Assembly: GCA_963827235.1 (NCBI GenBank) | Contig: CAWHAE010000010.1 | Coordinates: 352,001 to 416,000, forward strand | Direction: 5' to 3' | DNA: 64,000 nucleotides | Source: an uncultured bacterium | GTDB taxonomy: Bacteria > Chloroflexota > UBA5177 > JANWHV01 | Shown here: piece by piece, positions 31,060 to 41,300 of the stretch | Layout: every line of letters begins with the position of its first letter | Numbering within the stretch: the stretch's first letter is position 1 | Notes under the pieces: model-generated | Told to the model about the DNA's origin: nothing | The model's database searches: none | Seen by the model: the letters and a program-made list of their open reading frames with translations, nothing else | Program-made: the position numbers and the translations under genes

Positions 31060-33252
31060 TCAGGCGCCTGCGCAGCAGTCCGGCAGGAGGCCCACGGCGA
31101 CCACATCTTCCAACGCCGCGACGACGTCCGGGTCAAACCGGCTGCCCGAGGCATGCCGTATCTCGGCCACCGCCTCCTCCGGCGTCATCGCGTCCTCGGA
31201 GGGGCCGTGCGTGGTGAGGGCATCGTACTCATCCACTACGGCTACGATACGCGCGGCCAGAGGGATGTCCTCTTCGGCCAGACCGTCCGGATATCCCTTG
31301 CCGTCCCAGCGCTCGTGGTGAGCGCGGATGACCGGCGCCAGGCCGCGCAGTGCCGGGACGCGACCGACCACTTCGGCGCCGGTAGCCGAATGGCGGCACA
31401 AGATGGCCCGTTCCTCGGCGGTGTGTGGTTCCGGCATCCGGAGGACTGCGTCGGGCATGGCGACCATGCCCACGTCGTGGAGCCGCGCGGCCATCTTCAC
31501 CATGTGCGCGTCTCCGGTATCAAGATGCAGCACCCGGGCGATGCAGAGTGCCAGCTCGGCCGCGCAGATCGTATGCCGGGCGGTGCAGGAATCCCGAGCG
31601 TCGACCAATGCTGCCAGTGCTTCCACGGTGCCGGTTACCGTGGCTTCTTCTCGCGAGCCGTCATTCCCGGCCTGCCCTGCTGAGTCGCCGGCCACGCGCA
31701 CTCGATTGCGTCCCAGGTGCTTGGCGTCATACATGGCTCGGTCGGCGGCCTCCACCAGTGTTTCACTCCTGGTGCCGTCGGCGGGATAGACCGCGACGCC
31801 GATCGAGCAGGTCAGATGAATGCCGCCGGCGGCTGGAAAGGAGTGAGCAGACACGGCGGCGCGCACCCGCTCGGCGGCCTGAGCCGCCTGCGTGTCGGTC
31901 TCCGGAAGGAGCATCAAGAATTCCTCGCCGCCCCACCGCCCCACCGTGTCGGTGCCGCGCAGGCCCCTGCGCATGACGGTTGCCAGATCGCGCAAAATCA
32001 CGTCGCCCGCGGCGTGCCCATAGCTGTCGTTGACCGCCTTGAAGTGGTCGAGATCCAGAAACAAGACGGCGCAGGATCGACTGTAGCGCTGGGCGCGGGC
32101 CAACTCCAGCTCGACGGCGTTCACCATGGCGCGGTGGTTGGGCAAACCGGTGAGCGGATCGGTGGTGGCCAACGCCTCCAGCTGGGTATTGGCCGCCGCC
32201 AAGGCCCGATTCATGCGCAGCGTCCGGCCAGTCTGGCTTGCGAGCTCGTGCGTAGCCAGGATCTGCCGAATCAGCACGACGGTCGTCAGCACCGCGGCAC
32301 ACAGGTACATGCCCGGCTGAAGCGCTACCTTCCCATGTGCGCTCACTCCCCAGATCAGCACCCCGACCGCCGGGACGCCGGCGTAGGGTTGCAGCGTCTT
32401 CCACACAACCGGCGCCACTACCTCCGGTGCCGGCGTCACCTCGGTCGCAGCGTCCTCCACGGCTCCGGCAGCGGCCAGCACGGCCAAGCCTATGAGGCTG
32501 ATGGCCAGAGTCCAGCCAGCCTCCAGCAGGCTGCCCTCGACGTACGTGCCCTGCAGGCTCTGCACATCGAATATGCTGTCGCAGAGGATGGAGGCGAATG
32601 TGCCTCCGGCGAGCAGCAACACCGTCGGGCGCATCGCCTTCATGATCGGACGGCTGACCAGCAAGAACAGGCAGGCTGCCTCCAACAGATCGCCGAGGGG
32701 GTAGGCCGTGCCCACCACGTCGGCCAAGCGGTCGTTGCTGCTTTGCAGCACGGTGGGGCCGAGTACAAAATACCAGCTGAAGGCTGCAACGGCCGCCATC
32801 ACTAACAGACCATCGGAGACGAGACGCAGACGCGCGGTGTGCGAGATGGCGCGCGCAGGCAGCAGAACGACGCCGGCGACGAAGAATGGGTAGTCGCTCA
32901 GATATGCGGCGTCGGCCCAGGACGGAAACGGCGACTGGTGCAGGATCTGGCTGTAGATGGTATAGAGCAGCTGGCCGAGTGTGTAGAGCGCCAGATAGAA
33001 CAGCAGACATCGGGGTGACCACCGGGCCGCCCTGGTGTGCGGTGGCCTCCAGAGTGCGCGCGTACCCCAGGCGACCAGCGTGAAAGTCACTACCGAGCCG
33101 GTAAGTTCGATCCAGTTGGCTATCGCCTCCGATCGGTCGCTCGGTCCCGGCTTGAACAGCAGCCATGCGGCGAGTGCGGCGGTAATGCCCAGCAGGCAGG
33201 CCGCGGTAACAACGAAAGCTCGGCGACCGGCGGGCCGCACACTCTCGATCAT
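31060..33252 (-). CDS. Membrane-anchored diguanylate cyclase fused to an HD-GYP domain
   Basis: About 9-10 N-terminal TMs; DPLTGLPN, DLDHFK.VND.YGH, RWGGEEF; LHDVG, HHERWDGKGYPDGL. Confidence 0.93.
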   Translation of the reverse strand: MIESVRPAGRRAFVVTAACLLGITAALAAWLLFKPGPSDRSEAIANWIELTGSVVTFTLVAWGTRALWRPPHTRAARWSPRCLLFYLALYTLGQLLYTIYSQILHQSPFPSWADAAYLSDYPFFVAGVVLLPARAISHTARLRLVSDGLLVMAAVAAFSWYFVLGPTVLQSSNDRLADVVGTAYPLGDLLEAACLFLLVSRPIMKAMRPTVLLLAGGTFASILCDSIFDVQSLQGTYVEGSLLEAGWTLAISLIGLAVLAAAGAVEDAATEVTPAPEVVAPVVWKTLQPYAGVPAVGVLIWGVSAHGKVALQPGMYLCAAVLTTVVLIRQILATHELASQTGRTLRMNRALAAANTQLEALATTDPLTGLPNHRAMVNAVELELARAQRYSRSCAVLFLDLDHFKAVNDSYGHAAGDVILRDLATVMRRGLRGTDTVGRWGGEEFLMLLPETDTQAAQAAERVRAAVSAHSFPAAGGIHLTCSIGVAVYPADGTRSETLVEAADRAMYDAKHLGRNRVRVAGDSAGQAGNDGSREEATVTGTVEALAALVDARDSCTARHTICAAELALCIARVLHLDTGDAHMVKMAARLHDVGMVAMPDAVLRMPEPHTAEERAILCRHSATGAEVVGRVPALRGLAPVIRAHHERWDGKGYPDGLAEEDIPLAARIVAVVDEYDALTTHGPSEDAMTPEEAVAEIRHASGSRFDPDVVAALEDVVAVGLLPDCCAGA

Positions 33253-33711
33253 CGTGCTGTTCTCGCCCTGCCTCCCGTGTTCGCGCTGGTCCGCCCCAGC
33301 GCACCATACGCCATACCTGGCCGCGACACTATCCCCATCTCGGCGGTCTCCATTTGTCGGATTCGTGCCGGCACGCGGTCAACGCAGCCAAGCATTTGCG
33401 AAGGGTGACGCGGTGCGGTACCATTCGGCGACGACAGGAAGCCTGGTGTGGGGACCGGATGAAAGCTTCCAATCCTCTCGACAACAGTCGCCCGGCCAAC
33501 CGCGGCGCCACGGCCGCGACCACTCACGGCCGGCAAGCGCGGCGTCACCACCCGGCACGAGGCGCGCCGCTCGACAGCCTGTGGCTCGATCGAAGTAGCA
33601 TGTGGCGTGGGGCGCCGAGCGGCAGATCGTCGCGGGATCGCTCCGGCATGGCAGGGCACGAGGCCTGAGTTGTTGGCCGCCAATGTGCAGGAAACCGCGG
33701 GGTGAAGAGCG

Positions 33712-34740
33712 ATGGCCAGAGTACGCAGCAGCCTTGGCGTAGGAATTGTCGGTCTGGGTCGCATGGGCGCCTTGCACGCCGAGCACCTGGAGGGGGCGAT
33801 CACCGGGGCGAAACTGGTTCTCGCCGTGGTCGATCAGGCCGACGTGCAGCGCATGTCTGCCCTGGTGCACTGCCCGATCGGCAGTACCATCGACCAGTTG
33901 ATCGAGAACCCCGCGGTCGAGGCAGTGGTGATCGTTTCTCCCACCAGCTTGCACGACGACCACATCGCTCGCGTGGCTGCCGCGGGCAAGCCCATTTTCT
34001 GTGAGAAGCCTATCGCCGACTCGGTGGACAAGGCATCCCGCGTGGTTCGGCTGATAGAGCACGCCGGCATTCCGTTCCAGACCGCCTTTCAACGGCGCTT
34101 CGATCCCGGCTACGCACGCGCAAAGGAGCTGATCACAGCGGGCGCGATCGGCAAGCCGGAAATGTTCCGGGGCATCTCCTGCGACTACATGCCGTCTCTC
34201 GGCTACCTGCGCACCAGCGGAGGCTTGTTCTGGGATCTGGGCGTGCACGACTTCGACGCCGCCCGATTCCTGATGGGCGAAGAGATCACGGCTGTCCACG
34301 CGACCGGTACCGTTCAGGTCGAGCCGGAACTGGCTGCGCTCGGGGACATCGACTACGGCATCGTGTCGTTGCGCTTTCGCTCCGGCGCGGTCGGCGTCGT
34401 GCAGAACTGCTGGCGTGCAGCGTGGGGATACGAGATCCGCGCCGAGGTCTATGGATCGACAGGCAAGGTAGTGACCGAGCTCGACGAGCGGGTCCCGACT
34501 CGCCTCTATACCGAGCGCGGTGCAGTGTTCGAGCGCTACCACAAGTTCGTGGAGCGCTTCCGAGAAGCCTATCGTCTCGAGCTGCAGGCATTCGTCGATG
34601 CGCTGCACGCCGGGTCGCCGCCAACGCCCGACGCGCTCGACGGACTGATGGGACTGCGGATCGCGGACGCTGCCACGACAAGCCACCGGGAGAATCGTTG
34701 GGTGGAGATCGAGGCCGGACGGCCGATGGCCGCCGAGTAG
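33712..34740 (+). CDS. Gfo/Idh/MocA oxidoreductase, inositol 2-dehydrogenase-like
   Basis: GLGRMG..H, FCEKP, FQRRFDPGY, SGGLFWDLGVHDFD, GYEIRAEVYG, F.ERFREAY. Confidence 0.88.
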   Translation: MARVRSSLGVGIVGLGRMGALHAEHLEGAITGAKLVLAVVDQADVQRMSALVHCPIGSTIDQLIENPAVEAVVIVSPTSLHDDHIARVAAAGKPIFCEKPIADSVDKASRVVRLIEHAGIPFQTAFQRRFDPGYARAKELITAGAIGKPEMFRGISCDYMPSLGYLRTSGGLFWDLGVHDFDAARFLMGEEITAVHATGTVQVEPELAALGDIDYGIVSLRFRSGAVGVVQNCWRAAWGYEIRAEVYGSTGKVVTELDERVPTRLYTERGAVFERYHKFVERFREAYRLELQAFVDALHAGSPPTPDALDGLMGLRIADAATTSHRENRWVEIEAGRPMAAE

Positions 34741-34751
34741 GCGGCGCTGGC

Positions 34752-35822
34752 TCAGGCCTGTGCCCAGGTGAGGATACGGCGCGGCGTCTCTTCCAGCAGC
34801 AATCGCTGCAGCTCGTGTCCGTGCCCGCGCTCGCGCAGGGCAGGCATGATCCGCGCGAGCAGATGCGCGTAGCCCGGGCCGCCGTGCTTGCGAAGCTGGC
34901 TCTTGGTGCAGATGTCGTGGGCGACCGCGACGTGCACGACCCAGCCTTCGGCCACGGCGGTCTCGATGGCCGCGATGCGCGCCGCGTCGGACGGCATGCC
35001 CTTGCCGCCATAGTCGTCTTCGTCGCCAAAGATGTCGTAGGAAATGGTCGCGCCGCGATCGACGAGCGATCGGTGATATGCCAGATCGGGCAGCGTGGCA
35101 TCGAGGTGGCAGAGCACGATCCGGCGCAAATCGGCGCCGGCGGTCTCGGCGACATCAAGCGCCTGGTGACCGGCATGCCCCCAGGGATCGAGATGGATGA
35201 ACAGCGGCGCTCCCGTCTCGTGCTGCACGCGCGCGGCGGCGCGCAACACCGCACTTTCGCGCGCAGTGATGGGATCGGAGGTACCGATCTCCCCGATCAC
35301 GCCGGCGCGGACCGGTTCGCCGTCCGGCGCCGGTACGCCGTCGAGCAGGTCTCGCCGTATGCGGCCGGCGATGGCGTCCTCGTCGTCGTGCTCGAGCCAT
35401 GCCGGGTGGGCAGCGTCTACATAGTGGCCGCAGCCCATTACGATGGCGAGGCCGCTACGCGTGGCTATTCGCCGCAGCGCGGCCGGGTCGCGACCGATGT
35501 CCGGCAGCGTCAGGTCGACAACGGTGCGCCCTCCGTGTCGTGCAAAGTGTCCTAGCTCTTCGCAGGCCAGCGACTCGTCGTCCAGGTACAGGTTGTCTCG
35601 CACGGCGAAAGGATCCAGCCGCACGGTGGCCATGGTGTCGGGACCAACGGGCAACGCCGCACGAGCGCGATCGGCGTCCGTGATCGGCGGCGTCAGCCAG
35701 ACCGACAGGTCGATAAAGATGTGCTCGTGGAGCAGCGTAGGCCCCAGCTCGCTCGTGGCGAGCGGGCCGAGTACAGTCATCACCGAGGGCTCAGCCATGG
35801 GTACAGACACTGTCGCTTCCAT
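34752..35822 (-). CDS. Phosphotriesterase-like (PHP/PTE family) metallohydrolase
   Basis: LLHEHI, GRDP..L, IGEIG, IH, CHLD, AHDI, GYAHL. Confidence 0.92.
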   Translation of the reverse strand: MEATVSVPMAEPSVMTVLGPLATSELGPTLLHEHIFIDLSVWLTPPITDADRARAALPVGPDTMATVRLDPFAVRDNLYLDDESLACEELGHFARHGGRTVVDLTLPDIGRDPAALRRIATRSGLAIVMGCGHYVDAAHPAWLEHDDEDAIAGRIRRDLLDGVPAPDGEPVRAGVIGEIGTSDPITARESAVLRAAARVQHETGAPLFIHLDPWGHAGHQALDVAETAGADLRRIVLCHLDATLPDLAYHRSLVDRGATISYDIFGDEDDYGGKGMPSDAARIAAIETAVAEGWVVHVAVAHDICTKSQLRKHGGPGYAHLLARIMPALRERGHGHELQRLLLEETPRRILTWAQA

Positions 35823-36147
35823 TACCTCGCAATGAGGTCAACGCGTCGAGGCAAAGGACGGCCCGGTGTCCCGACCTGCCGGCGCGCCCAGCGTAGCCGA
35901 TCGGGCCACCAGGAGACGGCGCTCACTCCACGCCAACTGGGGAAGGTACGCATGACCTCGACAGGACTATACTAGCATAGTGTCATGGAGGCGTGTTTGA
36001 GCGCATAGGCCGCGTCGAGCGTACGCGTCGGCCAAACCGGCTTTATGGCCTGAAGTCGGAGCCTGTCCCGCGGGCGTTGCCGATGCTTGACCGCGGACCT
36101 CGAGCTCTGCGCGCTTGAGGCGCCACGCCGGGCGCGGAGCCTGCCTG

Positions 36148-37260
36148 CTAAGAGCCCGTAGACGGCGGCGGAATCTGCTGCGGCCGACCGCTTTCCACTG
36201 CAGCCGCGATGGCCTGGAGCACCACCAGGTCTTGCCGGCCCTCGTGTCCAGAGGTCAGAGGCCGCTTACCTTCGACGGCGCACTGGTAGAAGTGCTCCAG
36301 CTCTCGCTTAAAGGCCTCCTCGTACGATACCAGCAGCGACTTCTCCGCAGCGGCGCCGTGGTCGAGCCCTTCCACCACGAGCGAAGTTGGCTCGCTACGC
36401 AGGAACGGCGAAGGGTAGCGCAGGGTTACGCGATCGGCGGCGCCATAGAAAGCCAGATCCATGCTATAGTGCGGCAGGTCGGGAAGGTTCACCCACGTGA
36501 GCACGCAGCGCACGGAGCTGGGGTAGCGGAAGACCACCGTGAGTCCCTCTGTCTGCATCCAGGCTTCCGCGCTGACCACGGCTTCCGGCTCACCCAGCAG
36601 GCCGCGCATTGCGTTCACCTCGTGTACGAGGGTGTCGAGCAGGATCACGTCATAGACCTTGCGTACCAGTGGCGGCGAATCTGCCCCCACGGCCTCGGCC
36701 AGCAGGGCCTCGCGTTCCGCGGTCAGCTCGGCAAGGGTCTCCGCGGGCAGGTCGTCGACGCGCACCAGCGGGTAGTGCGCGACGTAGGGACGGAAGGGTG
36801 CCTCCAGCGTGGTGATCTGGGCCAGGCGGAGATCCCGCAGCGCTCGTACCAGCGGCTGCGCCCGCTCGTAGGCAGGATCGAAGCGCTTCATGTTGCCGAC
36901 CATGAGCACTACCCCAGCCCGGGTGGCGGCGCCGATCATGGCATCCGCTTCGCGCAGCGTGAAGCACATCGGCTTCTCGACGAATACGTGCCGGCCCTGC
37001 TGCGCCGCGGCAATGGCGGGCAGCGCGTGGGAGCCTGCCGAGAGCACCATCACGGCGTCCAGCGGCTCTGTCACCAGGTCCTGCCATCGCGAATGCCGAC
37101 GAGAAACTCCGTACACGTCGGCGACCGCCGCCAGCGTGCCCGGGGAGATGTCACACAGCGCCGCGATCTCGAAGCGATCCTGCATCTCGCGCAGATACGG
37201 CAAGTGCATGACCTGGGCGATGAGCCCGCAGCCTATTACGCCAACGCGAAGCCGTTCCAT
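36148..37260 (-). CDS. Gfo/Idh/MocA family oxidoreductase
   Basis: GVIGCG.IAQ.MHLP, FVEKP, MKRFDPAY. Confidence 0.9.
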   Translation of the reverse strand: MERLRVGVIGCGLIAQVMHLPYLREMQDRFEIAALCDISPGTLAAVADVYGVSRRHSRWQDLVTEPLDAVMVLSAGSHALPAIAAAQQGRHVFVEKPMCFTLREADAMIGAATRAGVVLMVGNMKRFDPAYERAQPLVRALRDLRLAQITTLEAPFRPYVAHYPLVRVDDLPAETLAELTAEREALLAEAVGADSPPLVRKVYDVILLDTLVHEVNAMRGLLGEPEAVVSAEAWMQTEGLTVVFRYPSSVRCVLTWVNLPDLPHYSMDLAFYGAADRVTLRYPSPFLRSEPTSLVVEGLDHGAAAEKSLLVSYEEAFKRELEHFYQCAVEGKRPLTSGHEGRQDLVVLQAIAAAVESGRPQQIPPPSTGS

Positions 37261-37381
37261 CTGGTGCCTCACTTACGCACTGAGCCGGCACGTCCGGGCG
37301 TGTCGCCATCTACTGCTATCTGCCATGGCCGGCGCTCGCCAACACGGTATCTATCGGGCCGGCGAGCACCGGCCTGAGGCG

Positions 37382-38680
37382 CTAAACCTTCTCCGCCGCC
37401 AGGAGCGAGTCGACTGCACCGTGTACTTTGCGCACGGCGTCGACCACGTAGCTCATCACCGAGGAATCCTGGCCCGCCAGGGGATAACGCTCCGAGCCGA
37501 GGAGCAGCGAATCGTTCAAGAGGCTCGTCGCTTCCGGATAGGCAGCGGCATCGTACGTGATGTCGCGACTTGCCGGCGGCACCGTCCAGGGGAACTGGCT
37601 ACCGTAGCCCGCTCGCTGTTGGAAGAGCGGGTAGGCCGGAAGCGGCGTCGTGTGCCAGAGAACTGCCTCGACGCCCTCGGCGCGCAGGGCGCGCAGCATG
37701 GCATTGCGCAGGCGCAGTGGATCGGCGTCCAGCCCCATAGCCGCGGGATCGAGACGGAGGCGATACTTCTGGAACGTGTGGGTTCTGTCGTCCGGCACGA
37801 ACGGTGGCCGGATGCCCGGCAGATCGCGCAGGCCGGCGGTGAGAATGGCAGCGTTTGCCGCCGCGCGCGCGTTATTCTCGTCCAGGCGCCGGAGCTGGCT
37901 GCGAGTGAAGGCCGCGGGCATCTCCTGTGACCGGTGATTCCACCCGATGACGTAGGAGAAGTACGGCCGGAACAACTCCTCGTCGAGCCGGTCGGATCGC
38001 TCGCCGAAGATGCGGAACATGTTGGCGCGCTGAAGCAGCTTCTCGTCGTTCGTGACGAAGAACCCGCCTTCGCCGCCGGGCAGCGACTTGGTGAAGTTGA
38101 GGCTGAACGCCCCCATGTCGCCGATCGGGCCGACACGCTTCCCCTTGTAGGTGGCACCGTGCGCCTGGCAGGCGTCTTCGATCACAGCCAAGCCGTGCCG
38201 CTTGGCGATCGCCATGATCTCGTCGAGATCCGCGGGCAAGCCATGAATGTGAACCGGCATAATGGCCCGGGTTCTCGGAGATATCAGGGCTTCCACCTGG
38301 CTCGGCTGCAGGGTGAACGTGCGCGGGTCCACGTCCGCGAACACGGGGATGGCCAGGGCCTGCAAGATCGCCAGCGCCGAGGCAGAGAAGGAGAAGGCCG
38401 ACGTGATCACCTCGTCGCCCGGCCGGAGGTCCAGGGCCAGCAGGGCCAGGTGAAGAGCCGAAGTGCCGCTGTTGGTAGCCAGGCAGTACCGCGCGCCGAC
38501 GTATTCGGCGAACTCGCGCTGCAACGCCGACGCTTCCGGTGCTTCGGCGCCTCCTATGATTCCGCGGTCGAGGACCGCCATGACGGCGGCCTTGTCCTCA
38601 GGCAAGATGCGCGGCCAAGCCTGCTGAATGCCCGGCGGCATTGCCGGAGTACCACCTTGTATCGCCAATCGCTCGCTCAT
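37382..38680 (-). CDS. DegT/DnrJ/EryC1/StrS PLP-dependent aminotransferase
   Basis: NSGTSALH, GDEVIT, PVHIHG, IEDACQAHG, FSLNFTKSLPGGEGG (PLP Lys). Confidence 0.95.
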   Translation of the reverse strand: MSERLAIQGGTPAMPPGIQQAWPRILPEDKAAVMAVLDRGIIGGAEAPEASALQREFAEYVGARYCLATNSGTSALHLALLALDLRPGDEVITSAFSFSASALAILQALAIPVFADVDPRTFTLQPSQVEALISPRTRAIMPVHIHGLPADLDEIMAIAKRHGLAVIEDACQAHGATYKGKRVGPIGDMGAFSLNFTKSLPGGEGGFFVTNDEKLLQRANMFRIFGERSDRLDEELFRPYFSYVIGWNHRSQEMPAAFTRSQLRRLDENNARAAANAAILTAGLRDLPGIRPPFVPDDRTHTFQKYRLRLDPAAMGLDADPLRLRNAMLRALRAEGVEAVLWHTTPLPAYPLFQQRAGYGSQFPWTVPPASRDITYDAAAYPEATSLLNDSLLLGSERYPLAGQDSSVMSYVVDAVRKVHGAVDSLLAAEKV

Positions 38681-38849
38681 GCCTCGCTCCAATCGTTCAA
38701 GCGAATCGCTACTCTGATTCGCGGCCTACCGGGGAACAACGTGATAGCGCAAGTACTGTATCGGCTCTCGGGCCACGACAGAGGACCGCACGGCCGCGGC
38801 AGGCAAACATGCCCGACGTGTCGCGGCCGGCTCCGCCCGGACTCTGAAT

Positions 38850-38897
38850 TGTGCAAACGTTAGCACACATCCTAGCAGAGGGCACCCGGCATGTCAA
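38850..38897 (-). promoter_or_regulatory. Promoter plus LacI-type operator for the aminotransferase arm
   Basis: Minus strand TTGACA-N17-TAGGAT followed by near-palindrome TGTGCTAACGTTTGCACA (38850-38867). Confidence 0.82.
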
Positions 38898-39184
38898 TCC
38901 GCCGGCCACAAGGCAAAATCCGCGGCCACCGTTGGTCACTCACGCGCGCTCGCCGGGCCGCGTACGACGAGGTAGTGTCGAGCGAGCAGGCCATAGTGGG
39001 ATGTCGACGGCAGAGGCCGCGGATCCTCGTTTTTCTGAGCCGTGCAGGATGTCCGGCCGGACGGCTCCCTACTCGTTGCCGCCTTGGGCGAGGAGAAGCC
39101 GGGGCGCCGGCGCGCCATGAGGACAGTGCCTGCTCTCAGATCTCGAGCGGCCACGGCGGCCTGGAGTCTGGCTCAGATTCGGCG

Positions 39185-39232
39185 TTGACACTTCCAGGGT
39201 GCCGTGATAGGATAGCTGCTAACGTTGGCACA
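39185..39232 (+). promoter_or_regulatory. Promoter plus LacI-type operator for the ABC importer arm
   Basis: TTGACA-N17-TAGGAT followed by TGCTAACGTTGGCACA (39217-39232). Confidence 0.82.
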
Positions 39233-39443
39233 AGACTCGATCTCCATCTGCTGCGCGGGTTGTTCGCGCGCCGGTATCCGCCAGGGCCGCCTTTGCTCCC
39301 ATAGCTTCGGTATCGGAGTCGAGAATGCATTTGTTGACATCGTTTCCGAGCACTCCACGATGATCGCCCGGCACGGCGCATGGCGCCGTCGCGACCTCAA
39401 GCCTGGCCGCGTGGCAGATGCCGGCACACCGGCAGACCTGGGC

Positions 39444-40340
39444 ATGCGGGAGAAGCGACGGTCCTGGCTGCCGCAGGTTTCTCTGGCGCCGCTGCTTCTT
39501 CTACTCCCCGCCACTCTGCTGCTTGCAGTCTTCCTGGTAGGTCCGATCGTGCAGGCGGTCAGGGTGGCTCTGACAGACCAAGCGCTGACCGGTCCGCGCG
39601 CCAACAACTATGGCTTCATCGGACTGGACAACTTCAGGCAGCTCTTCTCGGATCCCGACTTCCACAGCGCGATCGTGGTTAGCGCTGAATACGTGGCCGG
39701 CAGCGTGATCGGCATCACGGCGGTCGGCTTGCTGTTAGCCTATCTGATGTGGCATGGCGTGCACACGGTGATCGTTCGCCTCGTCTCCGGTGTGGTGATC
39801 ATCGCCTGGGTCGTGCCCGAGATCGTGGCCGGTTTCGTCTGGCTGGCATTTGGAGGAAGCAACGGGACACTGGCCAAGATCCTGGAGCCGATCGCCGGCA
39901 GTGCGAACGGCAATGACTGGCTGGTCCGCGCGCCGCTCGTGCTGGTAAGCATGGCTACCATCTGGGCTACGACTGCCTTCTCCATGCTGGTATTCACGGC
40001 CGGGCTGCACGGCCTGCCTGAAGAAGTGCTCGAGGCGGCGACCATGGATGGCGCGAACCTCTGGCAGCGCATCTTCAGGGTCGAGCTTCCGATGCTGAAG
40101 AGCACCATCGGCACCACGCTGATCCTGGTCACGCTTTCGGTTCTTACCGACTTCACCCTGATCTATACGATCACGGGCGGCGGGCCGGGCACGGAAACCA
40201 CGACCCTGCCGCTGTACGTCTACCAGCAAGCAATCACTATCACCGTGCTGGGGTACGGTAGCGCCGCCGCCGTGCTGCTGGTGGCTGCTGCCGCGCTCAT
40301 TTCGCTGCTGTACGTAATCGTGCTCAGGATCGAGGTGTAG
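39444..40340 (+). CDS. Carbohydrate ABC transporter permease (CUT1, MalF-like)
   Basis: FIGLDNF, EVLEAATMDGA (EAA loop), TGGGP; start uncertain (39360-39444). Confidence 0.92.
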   Translation: MREKRRSWLPQVSLAPLLLLLPATLLLAVFLVGPIVQAVRVALTDQALTGPRANNYGFIGLDNFRQLFSDPDFHSAIVVSAEYVAGSVIGITAVGLLLAYLMWHGVHTVIVRLVSGVVIIAWVVPEIVAGFVWLAFGGSNGTLAKILEPIAGSANGNDWLVRAPLVLVSMATIWATTAFSMLVFTAGLHGLPEEVLEAATMDGANLWQRIFRVELPMLKSTIGTTLILVTLSVLTDFTLIYTITGGGPGTETTTLPLYVYQQAITITVLGYGSAAAVLLVAAAALISLLYVIVLRIEV

Positions 40341-40342
40341 CA

Positions 40343-41206
40343 GTGCTTGCCGTCCAGCATTCGTCTCGCCAACAGAAGCCCGCGCGCAGGCAGAGCTCCG
40401 CGGGGTCCGTGATCCAGCACGTGACGCTGTTCGCCCTGCTGCTGATGTTCCTGGTGCCGATGCTGTGGGTGCTCAGCGCGTCTATCGACGCGCACGCGTC
40501 GTTCGCGATCCAATGGCCGCACCTCTCCCTGGTCAACTTCCAGACCATCCTGACCGTCGACTACCTCTGGCGACCAATCGCCAACAGTCTCATTCTGGCC
40601 GGCGCAACGACGGTCGTGGTAGTGATTGCCGGAGTAACGGCCTCGTATGCGCTCTCCCGGCACCGGGCCTGGTATACCCGAGGCTACCTTTTCGCCATCC
40701 TCTTCGCCACCGGTTTGCCGGTGCAATTGTTGATGGTGCCGGCGTACACGCTCTTCCTGCAGCTCAACCTGCTCGACTCCATACCGGCTACCGTGCTCCT
40801 GCTGAGCGCCACGTCGCTGCCGTTTGCCATCTGGCTGCTTAAGAACTTTATCGATCATATTGCGCGCGAGCTGGACGAGGCCTCGCAGGTGGACGGTGCC
40901 GGCTCGTTCGATTGCATTCGCCTGATTATCCTGCCGCTGGCCGCCCCCGGCATCGCCGTCGCCGCCATGTTCACGTTCCTGACGGCCTGGGGCCAGTTCG
41001 TGATCCCCTACATCCTGCTGCAATCGCCGGACAAGTTTCCCGCTGCCGTCAGTATCTTCGATTTTATGTCCGCTCAGGGTCAGGTGCAGTATGGGCCACT
41101 CGCCGCCTTCACCCTGGTCTATTCGCTTCCGGTTCTGGCGCTCTACGCGGGACTGGCGAAGTTCTTCTCGGGAGCGTTCAACTTCGGCGGTGGCGTTAAA
41201 GGTTAG
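40343..41206 (+). CDS. Carbohydrate ABC transporter permease (CUT1, MalG-like)
   Basis: ELDEASQVDGA, ILPLAAPG, FLTAW, C-terminal GGVKG. Confidence 0.93.
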   Translation: MLAVQHSSRQQKPARRQSSAGSVIQHVTLFALLLMFLVPMLWVLSASIDAHASFAIQWPHLSLVNFQTILTVDYLWRPIANSLILAGATTVVVVIAGVTASYALSRHRAWYTRGYLFAILFATGLPVQLLMVPAYTLFLQLNLLDSIPATVLLLSATSLPFAIWLLKNFIDHIARELDEASQVDGAGSFDCIRLIILPLAAPGIAVAAMFTFLTAWGQFVIPYILLQSPDKFPAAVSIFDFMSAQGQVQYGPLAAFTLVYSLPVLALYAGLAKFFSGAFNFGGGVKG

Positions 41207-41300
41207 GAGTGCGGCATGTAGCACACAGTCCGGCGCGGAGGCAATCGCACGATTGGACGGCCTATCTTCGATCCATAAGCCCTTGTGGAGGGAGGGAGCC

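Noticed and set aside
31763-33307. 514-aa and 362-aa alternative-frame ORFs over the GGDEF gene
   Set aside because: They overlap a well-supported CDS and have the Arg/Gly-rich composition typical of off-frame high-GC ORFs
35950-35995. ACTAT-N6-ATAGT inverted repeat upstream of the phosphotriesterase gene, considered as an ncRNA
   Set aside because: Too short; better explained as an AT-rich -10 region of an internal minus-strand promoter
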